Origin: Octopus vulgaris
Taxonomy: Eukaryota
DNA length: 64,000 bases
Assembly (NCBI GenBank): GCA_951406725.2
Contig: OX597821.1
Span: 95,108,001-95,172,000, forward strand
Reading direction: 5' to 3'
Shown: positions 40,530 through 54,879 of the stretch, piece after piece
How positions within the stretch are numbered: position 1 is the stretch's first letter
Layout: every line of letters begins with the position of its first letter
Translations under genes and position numbers: made by a program
The notes under the pieces: model-generated
Told to the model about the DNA's origin: nothing
Databases searched by the model: none
What the model saw: the letters and a program-made list of their open reading frames with translations, nothing else

Positions 40530-40593
<64 letters not shown>

Positions 40594-40879
40594 TATCATT
40601 ATTTCAATGTGTGCTTCAAATATATTTTCAAGTGTCTCTTCGCGTTAACTGATGCTTTCCATACCTATCTTATCGCAGTAAATCAGATAACTACTTTTAT
40701 TTTTTAGCTTTTTTTTTTTCACTTTGGAGCCTTCTCGCTAATCGTTTTGCAAAAAGTATTTCCACGAATAGTTATCTATATAATTATGCGTGTGCGTGTA
40801 TGCGTGCGTGTGTGAGTGTTTGGTTGTGGGTGAGTTTTTATATGCGTTTATGCATGTTTGTGAGTGTGTTTATGCATGT

Positions 40880-40976
<97 letters not shown>

Positions 40977-42206
40977 CGTGCACATAAACATAATGTTTAT
41001 TTATCAGAGGTTTTCTTTGCGTGATGACGTTAATCTTTACGTGTGTAAATGTGTTGATGCCTTTTAAACATTTAAAATATTACGTACGGCGTTCCATACA
41101 TTGGGACTCCAGAGTGTACTGAAAAGGAGGTTGATGTAGCTATAGAATGCCCAGTTTAAGTATATTTTGAAAATAAATCAATGATAACAGAAGTGATTAT
41201 TTCACTGTCACCACCCATGGTTCTGTGTCTTACAATTAAGTTGATTTTGTTCGTGTTGTTACTGTTATTTTACAATCTTGTGTCACTGAGTTCCAAGCTG
41301 TCGTCTGCTGTCATCGAATCCAGCCTACTTAGAGACATAACGAGTCTAACCGACTTGTTTTTTTTTCTCGCTCTTCTCTCCCATCTTTGCCACTACCTCT
41401 AGCTGCTTCTGTCTTTCAGGAGCCAAACAAGGGAGACTCTACATGGTTAGAAATAGCGATCATATTTCTCGCTGTATATAATTCTTCACCGTATTAAATA
41501 AAAAATAATCTTAAAAAATGGTATATTAAATAATGCAGTCCTATATGCTTTTGAAAAGATTAAGATGGTCGCGGCAGGAATATCATTAATCACAAGTTTG
41601 CACGATCAGGATTGAACTGGAGTAGTTAAACAATAACAACAACAACGACTCACCGCTTCCATTCTTTTCATATCAGTAACTAATTGACTGAGATATCTGA
41701 CACCTTTCATTTACAATGTTTTTATTCATCATTTTATCCTGTCCTTAATGCACTCGTATTATAAACTCAATATCTGGCGTTACTTGTATTAAGTTTTGTG
41801 GTCTCTCAGTAACCAATAAAATAAGTGCCAATAATTCTTTCAAACTTTGGCACAATGTCAGCAGTTTTAAGGGTAGGAAACAAGTCGATTTTATCAACCC
41901 CGGAAGAATGGAAGGCAAAATCGACTTCAGTGGAAATTGAACTCAGAACGTAAAGAGCTGGAGAAATGACGCAAAGTAGCTTATCCTAGTACCATACTAC
42001 CATTCAATTCATTTAACCACACTCTTCCCCTGTAAAGTTGTAGCCTTATACTAATGTAAAAATCCATTTTCCGGTACGAAAATTTTGTTTTTAACGCTAT
42101 TTTTATTCACCCTCATCCTCCCCAGTTGTGACTGGAATTGTAATAAAAAAGATCTGGGATGAAGTATTAAGTATTTGGGTGGATGACAATATAATGGATA
42201 AGATAA

Positions 42207-42418
42207 AGGCAGCGAGCTGGTAGAATCGTAAGCACGACAGGCGAAATGCTTTGCGATACTTCGTCCGTGCTTACGTTCTGCGATCAAATTCCAATTAAGC
42301 TGAGATCGACTTTCGGGATCGACAAAATAAGTACCAGCTGAACATCACTGGAGTCGACTTAATTAATTTACCCCCTTCCCCGAATTAGCTGGCCTTGCGC
42401 CAAAATTTGAAACCAATA
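42207..42418 (+). mobile_element. SINE family A, diverged copy (another on the minus strand at ~41838-41980)
   Basis: Head and core motifs. Confidence 0.75.
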
Positions 42419-43249
42419 TGGTTGATATATTAATCCTGTTAGTAATCCCAGCTTGTGTGATATAGTTTTGCTAGATCACCACCATCAGAAACCAATATAT
42501 CAAACAACCTAAAAGAGGGGAGAAACAAAATGTGTAATAGATTGAAACATTTAATTTCAGAAGAGTTAGTTTTGCTTTTTTTTTAACAAGATGTGTGAAC
42601 ACTAATCGTTGTTGTGCTTCATGTTCTCATTTGTGTTCTGTCAAGTGTTATATCTGGTGTTCTACATGGTGTTATGCATCATGTTAAAGGATATGCTGTT
42701 GCAATAAGGAACCAGGGGATAATGAAATAATCGCTGCAGAAAAACTACAGGTATGAAGATAAATCATTAAGTGGTGACAACCGATACAGAGTCTCCGGAA
42801 TTAACATCGAAAAGTATCACTCACTTCATGAACAGCTGTCCAAAAATGTCATCATGGTGCTGTCTACTCATGAGACACAATGTCGTAGCCTAAATTTTAT
42901 ACACAATGCAACTCGTATAAAGGGTACCCTTAAAAACGAAAATACAAAAAAATATAATACCGATATGTATCTCATAATTACTCAAAATATCAAAGAATAC
43001 TGAGTATTCCTGTCAAAACCTCTGTAAAATGTGGATATGAAAAGTAGGCCTAACAGGCCAGATATAATTCTTTTATCTTTTACTTGTTCCACCGCCTTCA
43101 ATAAATTTTAGTTGAATGAATCGACCCCAGCACTTAATCTTTTTTTTCCAAGCCTAATATTTTGTTGGTCTCTTTTTCCGAACTGCTAAGTTACGGGGAC
43201 GTAAACACACCGACATATGGTATAGGTTGTATATATATATTACAGTTAA

Positions 43250-43480
43250 GGGCGGCGAGCTGGCAGAAACGTTAGCACGCCGGGTGAAATGCGCAGCCGT
43301 ATTTCGTCTGTCGTTACGTTCCGATTTCAAATTCCGCCGAAGTCGACTTTGCCTTTCATCCTTTCGGGGTCGATAAATAAAGTACCAGTTACGCACTGGG
43401 GTCGATATAATCGACTTCATCCCTTTGTCTGTCCTTGTTTGTCCCCTCTATGTTTAGCCCCTTGTGGGTAGTAAAGAAAT
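43250..43480 (+). mobile_element. SINE family A, full-length copy
   Basis: Near-identical to 20094-20324. Confidence 0.92.
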
Positions 43481-43653
43481 ATATATATATTGCAGTTATG
43501 TTGAAACAGGTGATACGGAAAAGTGAAGCATTGACGACAAAATTCGACTAAGCGACATGTCATGCGTCCGTTTGGAGGAATCCTGGCCCTAACCTGTCAT
43601 GGAAAATTGGGTTGAGGGGTAAGTGATGTTTGAATGCACAGAAAAGCCACCAT

Positions 43654-43841
43654 AGGCGCAGGAGTGACTGTGTGGTAAGTAGCTTTCTAACCAACCACAT
43701 GGTTCCGGGTTCAGTCCCACTGTGTGGCATCTTGGGCAAGTGTCTTCTGCTATAGCCTCGGGCCGACCAAAGCCTTGTGAGTGAATTTGGTAGACGGAAA
43801 CTGAAAGAAGCCTGTCGTATATATGTATATATATATATATG

Positions 43842-43906
<65 letters not shown>

Positions 43907-44118
43907 ATGTTTGTGTGTCTGTGTTTGTCCCCCTAGCATTGCTTGACAACCGATGCTGGTGTGTTTACGTCCCCGTCACTTAGCGGTCCGGCAAAAAAGA
44001 GACCGATAGAATAAGTACTGGGCTTACAAAGAATAAGTCCCGGGGTCGATTTGCTCGACTAAAGGCGGTGCTCCAGCATGGCCGCAGTCAAATGACTGAA
44101 ACAAGTAAAAGAGTAAAG
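43654..44118 (+). mobile_element. SINE family B, full-length copy
   Basis: Matches 34500-34902. Confidence 0.92.
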
Positions 44119-44563
44119 AGAGTGGATATACTCCCCTTTACAGCGGTCGGTGTAAAGGGGAGAATATCCACATTCACCTACATTCATTCGACTGTCAACC
44201 ATAGTATGATTGACAGTCGAATTAAATGTAGGTGTAATAGAGATAGTGTACGTAAATGGGGACATTCCGCAAATGGGCTACAATGGGAGACGGAAACGGG
44301 AAAATGAACTGTTGAAATGTTGCAGAAGGCGAAGAGTTGACATTGGATTGCTGGTATGGCTGTTGAATAAGTAACATAAACTGAGCTACACACACACTCA
44401 CAGACACATACACATTCAGATACAAAATGTAGAGCAATCTTCAGCTGCATAAAAATATAGAATTTAGTTAAATTCGAAGGACTAATTTTTATGATTTTAT
44501 CCAAAATCACCAAGAGGATAAGGAGATAGACAAAGAACATGTTTTACTAAATTCTATATTCTT

Positions 44564-44668
44564 ATGCTGCTGAAGACTACTCTACATATTAAATGTTTGC
44601 ATTAAATGTTTGATGTAATGTTTGCATTGTTCAGTTAAATGGAGTCGCATGAAACGATCGTACTGCAT
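44564..44668 (+). ncRNA. Hammerhead motif with long stem II
   Basis: ATGCTG-CTGAAGA(44570-76)-ctactc…gagtcg cat-GAAA(44651-54)-CGATCG-TA-CTGCAT. Confidence 0.6.
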
Positions 44669-44844
44669 TAACTCTGGATATCCTTGTTGCTTATTTTGAT
44701 TATAATCACGTTATTTTAAATTATATGGATAATACCATACTAAATTCTGATGCCTGGGGAATATGTTGAATAAAATCATAATTAACTGATCCTCCAGGAA
44801 CCTTTTAGCAACCCCTCATATATATACATATATATGTGTATATA

Positions 44845-44912
<68 letters not shown>

Positions 44913-44965
44913 CAAACATATATGTTACTCCAGAAACTCATACACACGTACACTTACACGCAAAT

Positions 44966-45023
<58 letters not shown>

Positions 45024-45267
45024 AATAATGAAGGGTGAAATTAATTAATTTGGAATAATTATCAATTACACCAAGTAGTCTTCGGCATGTAAAAGCCTCA
45101 TTCGAGGAAAATTTAAGTAATACTAAGCAATAAAGGGTTTAGCAACGAATTGCCTTACCACAGACCGAATTTAGAAATAGCAGTCAAAGAGTTATAGCTA
45201 TTTCTTCTACTAAAAAGGGAGATCTCAGTAAAAAACTGAGATATATATATATATATATATATATATC

Positions 45268-45336
<69 letters not shown>

Positions 45337-45553
45337 CTTGTATCTTTTATATGTACACATATGGGATGTACGAAGCCTGATATAGGATCGGTTACTGATT
45401 GGCTTGACTGCACGTATTCGATAAAATACAAACGGATATTCGCATCAATACTATCTTCCTGAATGGCGGCAATACCATGCAGCCACGAAAACTAAACACC
45501 AATGAATGCATTGATTGGTAGAAAATACGTGAGTGTGCATGTAAGACTTTCCG

Positions 45554-45648
<95 letters not shown>

Positions 45649-46106
45649 CTGTGTGTATGTAATTGTCCGGTCGTCTGTGCACGCATGATTTAAAATAGCA
45701 GAAAAAAATCACACACACCCCCCCCGCCTGCATATCCCCACAGATAAAACATTATCATATTTTCACGCCTGATGACAATGTTCTGTTAATTCAGCTATTG
45801 ATAATGGTTCCCACTCTTATTAACATTAACATGAGACGTAAAGTAGCCGAAATGCTATGGGCAATGTATTATTACACACACGCTGACACGCATACACACA
45901 CACACATACATGCATACATACACACACGCATATTTGTATGTATACATGTATGTATGTATGTATATATATATACATATATACATACAAATATTTATATATA
46001 TATATAATATATATTTATATGTGCACGCATATATATTTATACACATAAATAGATTTGTATATATATGAACATATAGATAGATACATACATACATACATAC
46101 ATATAT

Positions 46107-46180
<74 letters not shown>

Positions 46181-46258
46181 GATGGATGGATGGATGGATG
46201 GATGGATGGACAGGTAGATAAACACGCAGAGAAACATACAAACATAGACACTCAGATA

Positions 46259-46294
<36 letters not shown>

Positions 46295-46568
46295 TACATA
46301 CATACATACATACATGCATGTATGTGTCTGCTTATGTGTAGAGATACATACGTACGTACATACATACATCCATACATAGGCATGTACATACATATATACA
46401 TACATACATACATATATACATACATACATACAAACTCGTGATTTTTACGCATATATCCCAATCTTCAAGGTAAGAGACAAATGAGTCTATACTAAGGAGA
46501 CAGAAGACATATCAAATACTTAGGGCGGCGGCGGCAACTGTAGCAGCTGCGGCTGATAAGGAAGCAAC

Positions 46569-46605
46569 GATGATGACGACGACGGCGACGATGATGACGA
46601 TGATG

Positions 46606-46684
<79 letters not shown>

Positions 46685-46778
46685 CGATGATAATGATGAT
46701 GGTGATGATGCTGATGATGATGACGATGACAATGATGATGACGATGACGATGATGACGATGATAATGATGATGATGAC

Positions 46779-46861
<83 letters not shown>

Positions 46862-46937
46862 CGATGACAATGATGATGACGATGATGATGATGATGATGA
46901 CGATGATGATGATGATGCTGATGATGATGATGATGAC

Positions 46938-46969
<32 letters not shown>

Positions 46970-46976
46970 CGATGAC

Positions 46977-47022
<46 letters not shown>

Positions 47023-47072
47023 GTCGTGATGGTGATGATGATGAGGAAGAGGAGGATGATGACGACGACGAC

Positions 47073-47103
<31 letters not shown>

Positions 47104-47113
47104 GTGGTGATGG

Positions 47114-47146
<33 letters not shown>

Positions 47147-47243
47147 CGACGACGACGACGACGATGACGCGATGACGACCCCTCAACGACCACGACAGCG
47201 ACGACGGCGACCAACACCACCATCATCATCATCATCATCATCA
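46569..47243. repeat. Compound (GAT/GAC)n trinucleotide repeat ending in a short inverted (CAT)n
   Basis: Direct reading. Confidence 0.97.
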
Positions 47244-47680
47244 TGGTTGTGGTGGTTAAGGGCTGGGGTCGGTTGTGGGTTGGACGTAATTACTTGCTAT
47301 GGTTCTTAGCGAACCCCATTAACCGAAGGGATCAAAGCAAAGACACCGCAACGCACCGCTGCCCCCAACATCTCCAACATTAAGACCAATTCCGCCACAA
47401 GGCGGGTATTAGTACTTGATGAATATTTAGATATTTCCTGTGACACAAATGAGGAAGGAAAATTATTGTAAAGGGTGTGGGTAGATAGTATTGATTATCG
47501 ATCACCGTTGTTAAAGATATGTGTGGGCGGTGGTCGGGCGGGGGTAGGTTAAGGCGAGTTTGATAGAGGTCTGTGAATGAATTTGGAGATTATATCTACT
47601 CAGATAAGATTGGAAATGGCGTATGAATCAGAATGGAATCATTGAAGTAAAACGCAGAGAAAGAAACCGATTCACACGGC

Positions 47681-47750
<70 letters not shown>

Positions 47751-47810
47751 ATTTACATCAACATTATCATCTTTACCATCGTCATTATCATCATCATCAT
47801 CATCATCATC

Positions 47811-47849
<39 letters not shown>

Positions 47850-47852
<3 letters not shown>

Positions 47853-48403
47853 TGAGAGAGCAGTGCATGCCATCAAAGTGACACTGGGGTAAAATATACG
47901 AAGCCCAGCATACCCATCATGACTACCCGTCTGATAAGGGTACACCAGGCACATGCATCACAACCATATGTGCGCGACATGGTGATCTCATATCATGATA
48001 AACAGCGCGTGACCTTGCAGGTGGGGCTCAGTTAGAATTTTCTTCTGGTCGAGTAACCCATCCCGCTCAAAAGGTCCCTGAATAAGCATTGTTTAAGGAT
48101 GTTGAAAGAACCACCCATGTTTCCAAAGGTGAATTATCCAAACCTCTAAGAATTCCTTTCAACACACGGCTATGATGCTCCCCCACTACTTTTGCTCATG
48201 ATCAGAGATGCATATATCGTCAGCCACTAAGGGACATGCTCAACTGGTTATGGTCAAACAACTGACAAGCAAATCTGTGATATTGAGCAGAATATTTGCT
48301 GTAGCCCATCTTTCATACCAAGACAAAACAAAGTACATGATAACACTTCCAATAAGCTTAGATTAGAAACCAGGAGAGCCACTGCCTGGTACTGCATCAG
48401 GGT
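47850..48403 (-). mobile_element. Non-coding retroposon-like element embedded in (AAT)n
   Basis: ~550 bp of complex sequence with (AAT)n abutting both ends; the minus 3' end …ctctctcactg runs into an (AAT)n tail. Confidence 0.5.
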
Positions 48404-48407
48404 AATA

Positions 48408-48493
<86 letters not shown>

Positions 48494-48519
48494 CATCATC
48501 ATCATCATCATCATTATCA

Positions 48520-48556
<37 letters not shown>

Positions 48557-48560
48557 CATT

Positions 48561-48652
<92 letters not shown>

Positions 48653-48661
48653 CATCATCAT

Positions 48662-49211
48662 TCACACAACAGATCAGCCTGCTGGAAAAGAAAAATTCCT
48701 AACATCGGGCTACAAAAAGTAGCCTTAGATGTCAAGAACTCTCCTAAGTATCCTAGCTGTCCCTAATAACACTGTTTTCTGGAGTTGAGAAAAGAAAAAA
48801 GAAGGGATAAGAGGAGGAGGAGAGAGTAGAAAAAAAGCATGTATTTTCGGATGTTCTTTGGTTGATGCTAAATTGACATTCAAGATGTCAACTTTAGCAA
48901 GAAGGACGAGAAAGAAAAAGAAAAAGGAAAGAGAAAAGAGGAAGAAGAAAAAATGAAAGAGAAAGACAGAGAGAAAGAAACTTCTTTTCAATTATGTTGT
49001 ATCGATGAGGTCAAATTGTTGAAATCTAATTATAAATCTCCTCTGGCATTGTCGAATATTCTGAATCTTTGTACTAGTTCAGGTATTACAAATGTATTGT
49101 TCTTGCAAGAGGGTGCCTCCAGCTGCCATATTATTAAAAGTCTAATGTACTAGCGTTTGGTTACTCCATCTTTGTTCATATCACCTTTGTGTGAAATATT
49201 TTCCTCAATAC

Positions 49212-49249
<38 letters not shown>

Positions 49250-49460
49250 AACAAGAGATAGATAAAACGTCGGTGTAAATGATTTTAGCTTGGAAAGCAT
49301 TTTCCCCGTTCGGCTAATATATATGAACGTTTCTTTTGGCTACATTCCATTTCTACACGAACTGAAAATTTATTAGTATTCTCAGCTGTCTCTCGACATT
49401 GCAAATATTCTCTGTGCAGACTTTTAGATCGTCAATAAAAAGATTATCTGTTGCATTGAT
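48662..49460 (-). mobile_element. R4/Dong-like LINE fragments (C-terminus at 48725-48785; RT pieces at ~49010-49460)
   Basis: LQKTVLLGTARILRRVLDI* and NLFIDDLKV (RT YxDD-equivalent motif). Confidence 0.65.
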
Positions 49461-49560
49461 GTTACTTTCTGTTATAGATTTTAGCATGTAACCACTGGAC
49501 ACAGACACACACACAGATACATACACACATATATATACACATATACATACATATATACAC

Positions 49561-49613
<53 letters not shown>

Positions 49614-49617
49614 TATG

Positions 49618-49702
<85 letters not shown>

Positions 49703-49839
49703 ATATATATATATATATTGCTTTATACTTTATATATGTACGTATTATATATGAATGTATATACATATGTATATATAAATATATCATGAATATATATGCA
49801 TTATAAGTATATGTATATGGTATGACTCTCTTGAAAAAA

Positions 49840-50780
49840 AACTGTGGAGATTATGGTGCTGACTACCTTGGTCAAACTAGCTTAACTTTGAGGGATAGAC
49901 TTACGGTGCACAGGCAACAAATCCGAGACCCCACCACTAGGAAAATTCCCGTAAGCAAGCACCTAGACCAATGCCCCGTAGACATAAACCCTAAATACCA
50001 AATCTTACCTCTCTATCAGTGCACTGGAAACACTTCAACCCAATTCCGTTTAAATAAGGAAAACATACTGATTAAAAAATATAAGCCACAGCTGAATATC
50101 CTTTAGAAAGAAGAAAAAGCTGCAAAAAGAAAAGAAAAAAGACTCAATTTCAACACAAAAAACAAACAACCAGGAACAACAACAAAACATTTTTAAAACT
50201 TTATTAACAATCTTCCACCTGGGTTCCGAAACCGCAACTCCAAATCACCATACAAACACCAGTTGCCGACGTCACCCACCTCCAGTCTAATGAAATTCTA
50301 CAAACATTAGTTGCTGACGTCACCTAACTCCAAACCAATCAAAACCGAACTTTAGCGAATACAATGAAATGACTCTTCAAGAGAACCAACCAACCGGAAC
50401 GACTTATGACCGTATCCACAAGGAAACCAACCAAGCAGAACGACAAGCTTGACCACGGAAAAAGAAACGTCACCAGTATTTTAACGAATCAAAAATCAGA
50501 TCCGCTCGTGGAAATATATATATATATATATATATTCATCTGATCCCAAAACATACCACTACAAGCGAAAGCGTCTATTAGAAGATGATCAGAGAAACTG
50601 TAAACCAAATTCCCTATTTTTTTTTTTACTATTTTCATTTCACACTTGTTTTTTTCAGTATGACTTGTCGACCACCACTAAAATTAATGAACTTTGTACA
50701 TTCAAACAAAATGATATTCAGTTTTAATTTTATTGACTGCTATGAACATTCAGACTTATACCTTCTGTTTTTAAACATGT
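49840..50780 (+). mobile_element. Penelope-like element 3' fragment: GIY-YIG endonuclease C-terminus (to 50106) plus 3' region
   Basis: [30 protein letters not shown]…VSKHLDQC…YQILPLYQ…RLNKENILIKKYKPQLN is a typical PLE endonuclease. A hammerhead remnant (TCTGATC…GATCAGA-GAAA-CTG-TA) lies at 50539-50603. Confidence 0.88.
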
Positions 50781-51021
50781 TAATTTATCAACATTGAAAC
50801 ATTTTAGTCAACATTGAAACATTTTAATTTGTCAACATTGAAACTTTTAAAGATGTTTTTCTAATATTAAACTTTTACCATTGATAAAAAAAAAATATTT
50901 TGAAACTAGTTTGGTGTATATGTAAATAAATGTATTTTAAACATTTACGAGTTTTTGAAATTTAGGTGCATTTTCAACAATACATTTCCCATATATATAT
51001 ATATAGATGTTTTCGATCTAG

Positions 51022-51112
51022 TTTGGATTCTTTGCCACCAAATTTGAATTCTTTGCCATCAAATTTGAATTCTTTGCAATCAAATTTGAATTCTTTGCAA
51101 TCAAATTTGAAT
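51022..51112. repeat. 21-bp tandem repeat (aaatttgaattctttgcMatc), about 4 copies
   Basis: Direct reading. Confidence 0.85.
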
Positions 51113-51599
51113 TTTTCAATTGGTGCTCAAGCCTTGAAAAAAAAAGAGTTAAACTACATCAAACAACAGTGGGCTCCACTGGACGAGTTAGATAAGATAG
51201 ATATGTATTCCCTTACGGCTGATGTAGTTTAACTACTTATATATATAAGAACTTGCTGTGGTCAAGGCTGCGTTGCGTTTGATTATGAATAAATAAAATA
51301 TACACATTGTGTACAGTTGTCGAACTGTTTATTATTACCTATTTCGTGCTTTTAGCGACAAGATAGGGAAACTTCATAAGACAGCAGCATCAAGAAATTT
51401 TTTAAATATAAAATTCATGGAGAGTTAAGGCTTTAAACAAACAAACAACGACAGAGTGGACGTACAGAGTAAACAATCAACATCTCGGCTCCCGACATTT
51501 TTTTCTACTATTTTCTACTCTTCTAATTATTCTACTATTTTCTTCTACTATTTTCTTCTCTTCTTATTATTCTATTTCCTGGAAAAAAATTTCTTCCAG

Positions 51600-51830
51600 G
51601 CGTTACCCATTACAATTCGTCTTGGCCTAACGGCCCTTAATATTTGCCTTCGTCGATTTTGAGAGTTGTTCAGGGTTATGTGGCCACAGGATGAAACAGC
51701 CATCCAGGTAGCATTTCCAGTTGGTGAATAAGTATTTTTGGAAGTTGTCTCCAAATTTCAATCTAGCGTGTTTGTATATTTGGACTTCCAAGAATGCCAT
51801 GGCAAGGTTGGCAAAAGTAGGCACTACCCT
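51600..51830 (-). mobile_element. Penelope-like reverse transcriptase fragment
   Basis: PTFANLAMAFLEVQIY…FGDNFQKYLFTNWKCYLDGCFILW matches the PLE RT motifs PxYANLxMxxLE and WxRYLDDCF. Confidence 0.85.
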
Positions 51831-52974
51831 CGTTAGGGATAGAAACTTCGCTGTTGATAAATCATTTCATGAAATTATTTCTAAAGCCACATCAAAACAT
51901 TATGGATAATTCCTTAGTTCATTAGTGATGTGAGAGAAGTGACATGGGGTGTTAAACAACACGATTAAATATTTTCACGATCTGAAATTCAGATTTATAG
52001 GGATGAGCCATACAGATTCCAAGGAGTAAGATATATTTTGTATCTAAAGACTTAAGCATACAACGTAAATTAAGTCGAGATGTAGGCACATATTCCTTTG
52101 TAAATCAATTTTAAAAAATGTTCGTGATCCAGCCATGAAGTCATTGGTATCTTATAAAACACGAGTTTCATTATCCCCGTCAATGCTTTGGGCGATGGAA
52201 CTTACCAATAACTAAATTGTTTTTATCCCGTGTTGATCAGGTGTATTTGAGCATCTGGGAACTATTAATAGTTTATAATTGTGCTTGAAACCACAAAAAC
52301 GTTTCCAGTAAAGACATTGTATATATTTAATAATATACAATGTGTATCAGCTACAAGAGGACTTCTCTGACAAGTTTCATCAAAGCTCCCACTCTATGTT
52401 GCAACGCTTTTAAGTCGGCTGATAGTCTTTCACACAGGTAATAGCCAATTTTTTTTACAACACGACGTATCTTAAACCTTCTCAACAAACATTCAAGAAA
52501 ACAAATAAGATCTACAAATCCATTTCCATTAAAAAATTTTTAAGTATGACTAAACCTTTCAATAAGAACACATTCATGCAATATTTTCACCCAGTTTTCA
52601 CAGTTTTGGTGATGCATAATTCCCCATCCCTATTTTGTTATTTTATTGTTTGGTTCAAAACACGAAGTGAAATATAAACGCTTGTCATTCGAGTACTTAA
52701 ATCGTGTATAAAAGTCAACGACCTGATGATGCTCTATTTTGTCATTAACACATTTCTGCTTATGTCCCGTTCTAGTTTCTTAAATTATATTTCATTCGTC
52801 ACTTTGTGTGTGTGCGTGCGTGTGTGTGTGTGTGTGTGTGCGTATGTGCGTGTGTGTTTGCCGCTTAACAATGACATGTAACCCAACGCTGCGGTCACAC
52901 TTCTGGCACTTACATTCCAATTAGACGAAAAGCTTCCAGTACAAGTGACTTTACGATGACACACACACGCACAC

Positions 52975-53055
<81 letters not shown>

Positions 53056-53813
53056 ACATACCTAACTACCGACACACAAACTTACACATGCATATACACA
53101 TCTTTTCTTTATCTTTTACTAGTTTCAGCCATTTCATTGTGGCCATGCTGGGGCACCGCTTTGAAGGATTTAGTCGATCAAATCAACCGCTGCACTCAAA
53201 TTTTTTAAAACCCAGTACTTATCCTTTCAGTCTCTTTTACTGAACAGCTAGTTACGGGAACGTAAACAAACCAACACCAGTTATTAAATTGTGGTGGGAA
53301 ACAAACAAAACACAAACACAAATATACACATTGAAACGTACATAGAAGCATACATACATTGAAAGTTTTCAAAAGAAACTTTTAAAAGCACACATTTTTT
53401 ACATTGTAAATATCATACACATCAGGATTGTAATCTAAGCCTGTTGCGCGTGCGTATATTAATGAATAAAGATATATCAAACGAATACAAAACAAAATAA
53501 ATGAGTTATTGAAATTATTTTCCTTTTGAGAGAAAATTACACAAATGCCTCGTGGTAACGGCAACCAAATCCAAATGACCAGGTGAGATAATCTTAATAA
53601 TCTAGAATTCTCTAAAACTGACATGCCATTAGGGGTTTAAAAAAGCAAAAATCAGTCTGATTGTCTGGTGACAATAGGACGGCAGTTTCACTTTAAACAC
53701 AAAGATGAAAGCGGGCAAGTGAACAAAGACCCCGTAACAATGACGAAAATAATCGAAAATTGAAAAAGTCAGTCATACGTATATACACACATACACACAA
53801 ACACACTCACATA

Positions 53814-54612
53814 CAGGGTGCGGTGAATAAACTGCCGTGAAAATTATGCAAAAATGAAAATAACACTGACATCTCATTTTAACAGATTTATTTACCAAAA
53901 TTACATTAAAATATCTTGAAATATTAAAGCGTAAATTTTTTCAGTAAAATCGCCATTGCATTGGCTTCAACCACGGCCTCCTGATGACTTCGGAATCTCC
54001 CGCAACTCTTCTGGATGGTCTCTGCGCCCCATATACATAATAATCAAATGAGTTGCAGTCTAGGGAGTTAGGTGCCCAGATATTAGACATGATGTGGTCA
54101 CAGAAATTGTCTGACAGCCATGACTAGGTTCTCCTGCTTGTATGGCATGGTGTAGGGCCCTGCTGCCAGACATAGGGTCTTCCAGCAGCCACCCTGTTGA
54201 CCCTTGACCCAGAGCAGCACTACCTCCTGCAAGCACTTGATGTAGGCCTCTGTGGTGAGTCTGAGGCCGTGTAGGAAGATTAATGGAGGCATAGCGCCGC
54301 CATCACTAGTGATTACTCCAAACACCATGATGTTGACGTGATGTTTGATTCTTATCATACTCAGTACATGTCCTCAGATTGACACCCACATCCTCTGAAA
54401 TGTTCGTACTGGAGCTTCCGGCGCGAATGCCAAGCAGTACAGCATGTCGTTTCCAAATTTCTGGCAGAGTGAATTGCGTCGTGGTGCTGTTTTTCTCACA
54501 GACGGTGCCCAACTGACTTATTATACTGTGAAGTCAACAAAATCAAAAACAAACAATGAGCATGTGCAAAATTAAAAATATAAAATGGCGACAATTTACA
54601 CATCGCACTCAG
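53814..54612 (-). mobile_element. Tc1/mariner (maT-like) transposon, internally deleted pseudogene
   Basis: TA-flanked imperfect TIRs cagggtgcggtgaataaactgccg / ggcgacaatttacacatcgcactcag. Peptides IMVFGVITSDG…EAYIKCLQEVVL, YVWQQ.P.PCH and IWAPNSLDCNSFDYY. Confidence 0.88.
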
Positions 54613-54879
54613 TATGTATGTATGTGTATATATATATACTATCAGATAGATAAGCATATGTGCAGTGGGATGTGAGTAGGTGGAAAAAGAGGAGAAACAT
54701 AGAAAATAGTTGCTTAATTGATCAGATGTCCACATGTAATTGATTGTATTTAGCTTGAAAGGAGGATCGTTTTTGGTCAATGGCGAAATTGGTTCACATT
54801 GGACTAATCAGATCGCGTGATGAAAATTTGCCGACTGCTGGCGAAAGTCTTATAAAGTTTTGCAGTAAATCATGTAAAT

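Noticed and set aside
45068-45108. Minus-strand GAATGA-GGC…GCC-GAAG as a hammerhead
   Set aside because: Several core positions deviate and stems I and III are unconvincing, so it is not counted.
46492-47244. Poly-His/Met/Ser/Ile ORFs
   Set aside because: Pure (GAT)n repeat with no flanking coding or splice context.
51840-52560. Possible decayed hAT transposase
   Set aside because: All frames are broken and I could not identify a diagnostic motif with confidence.
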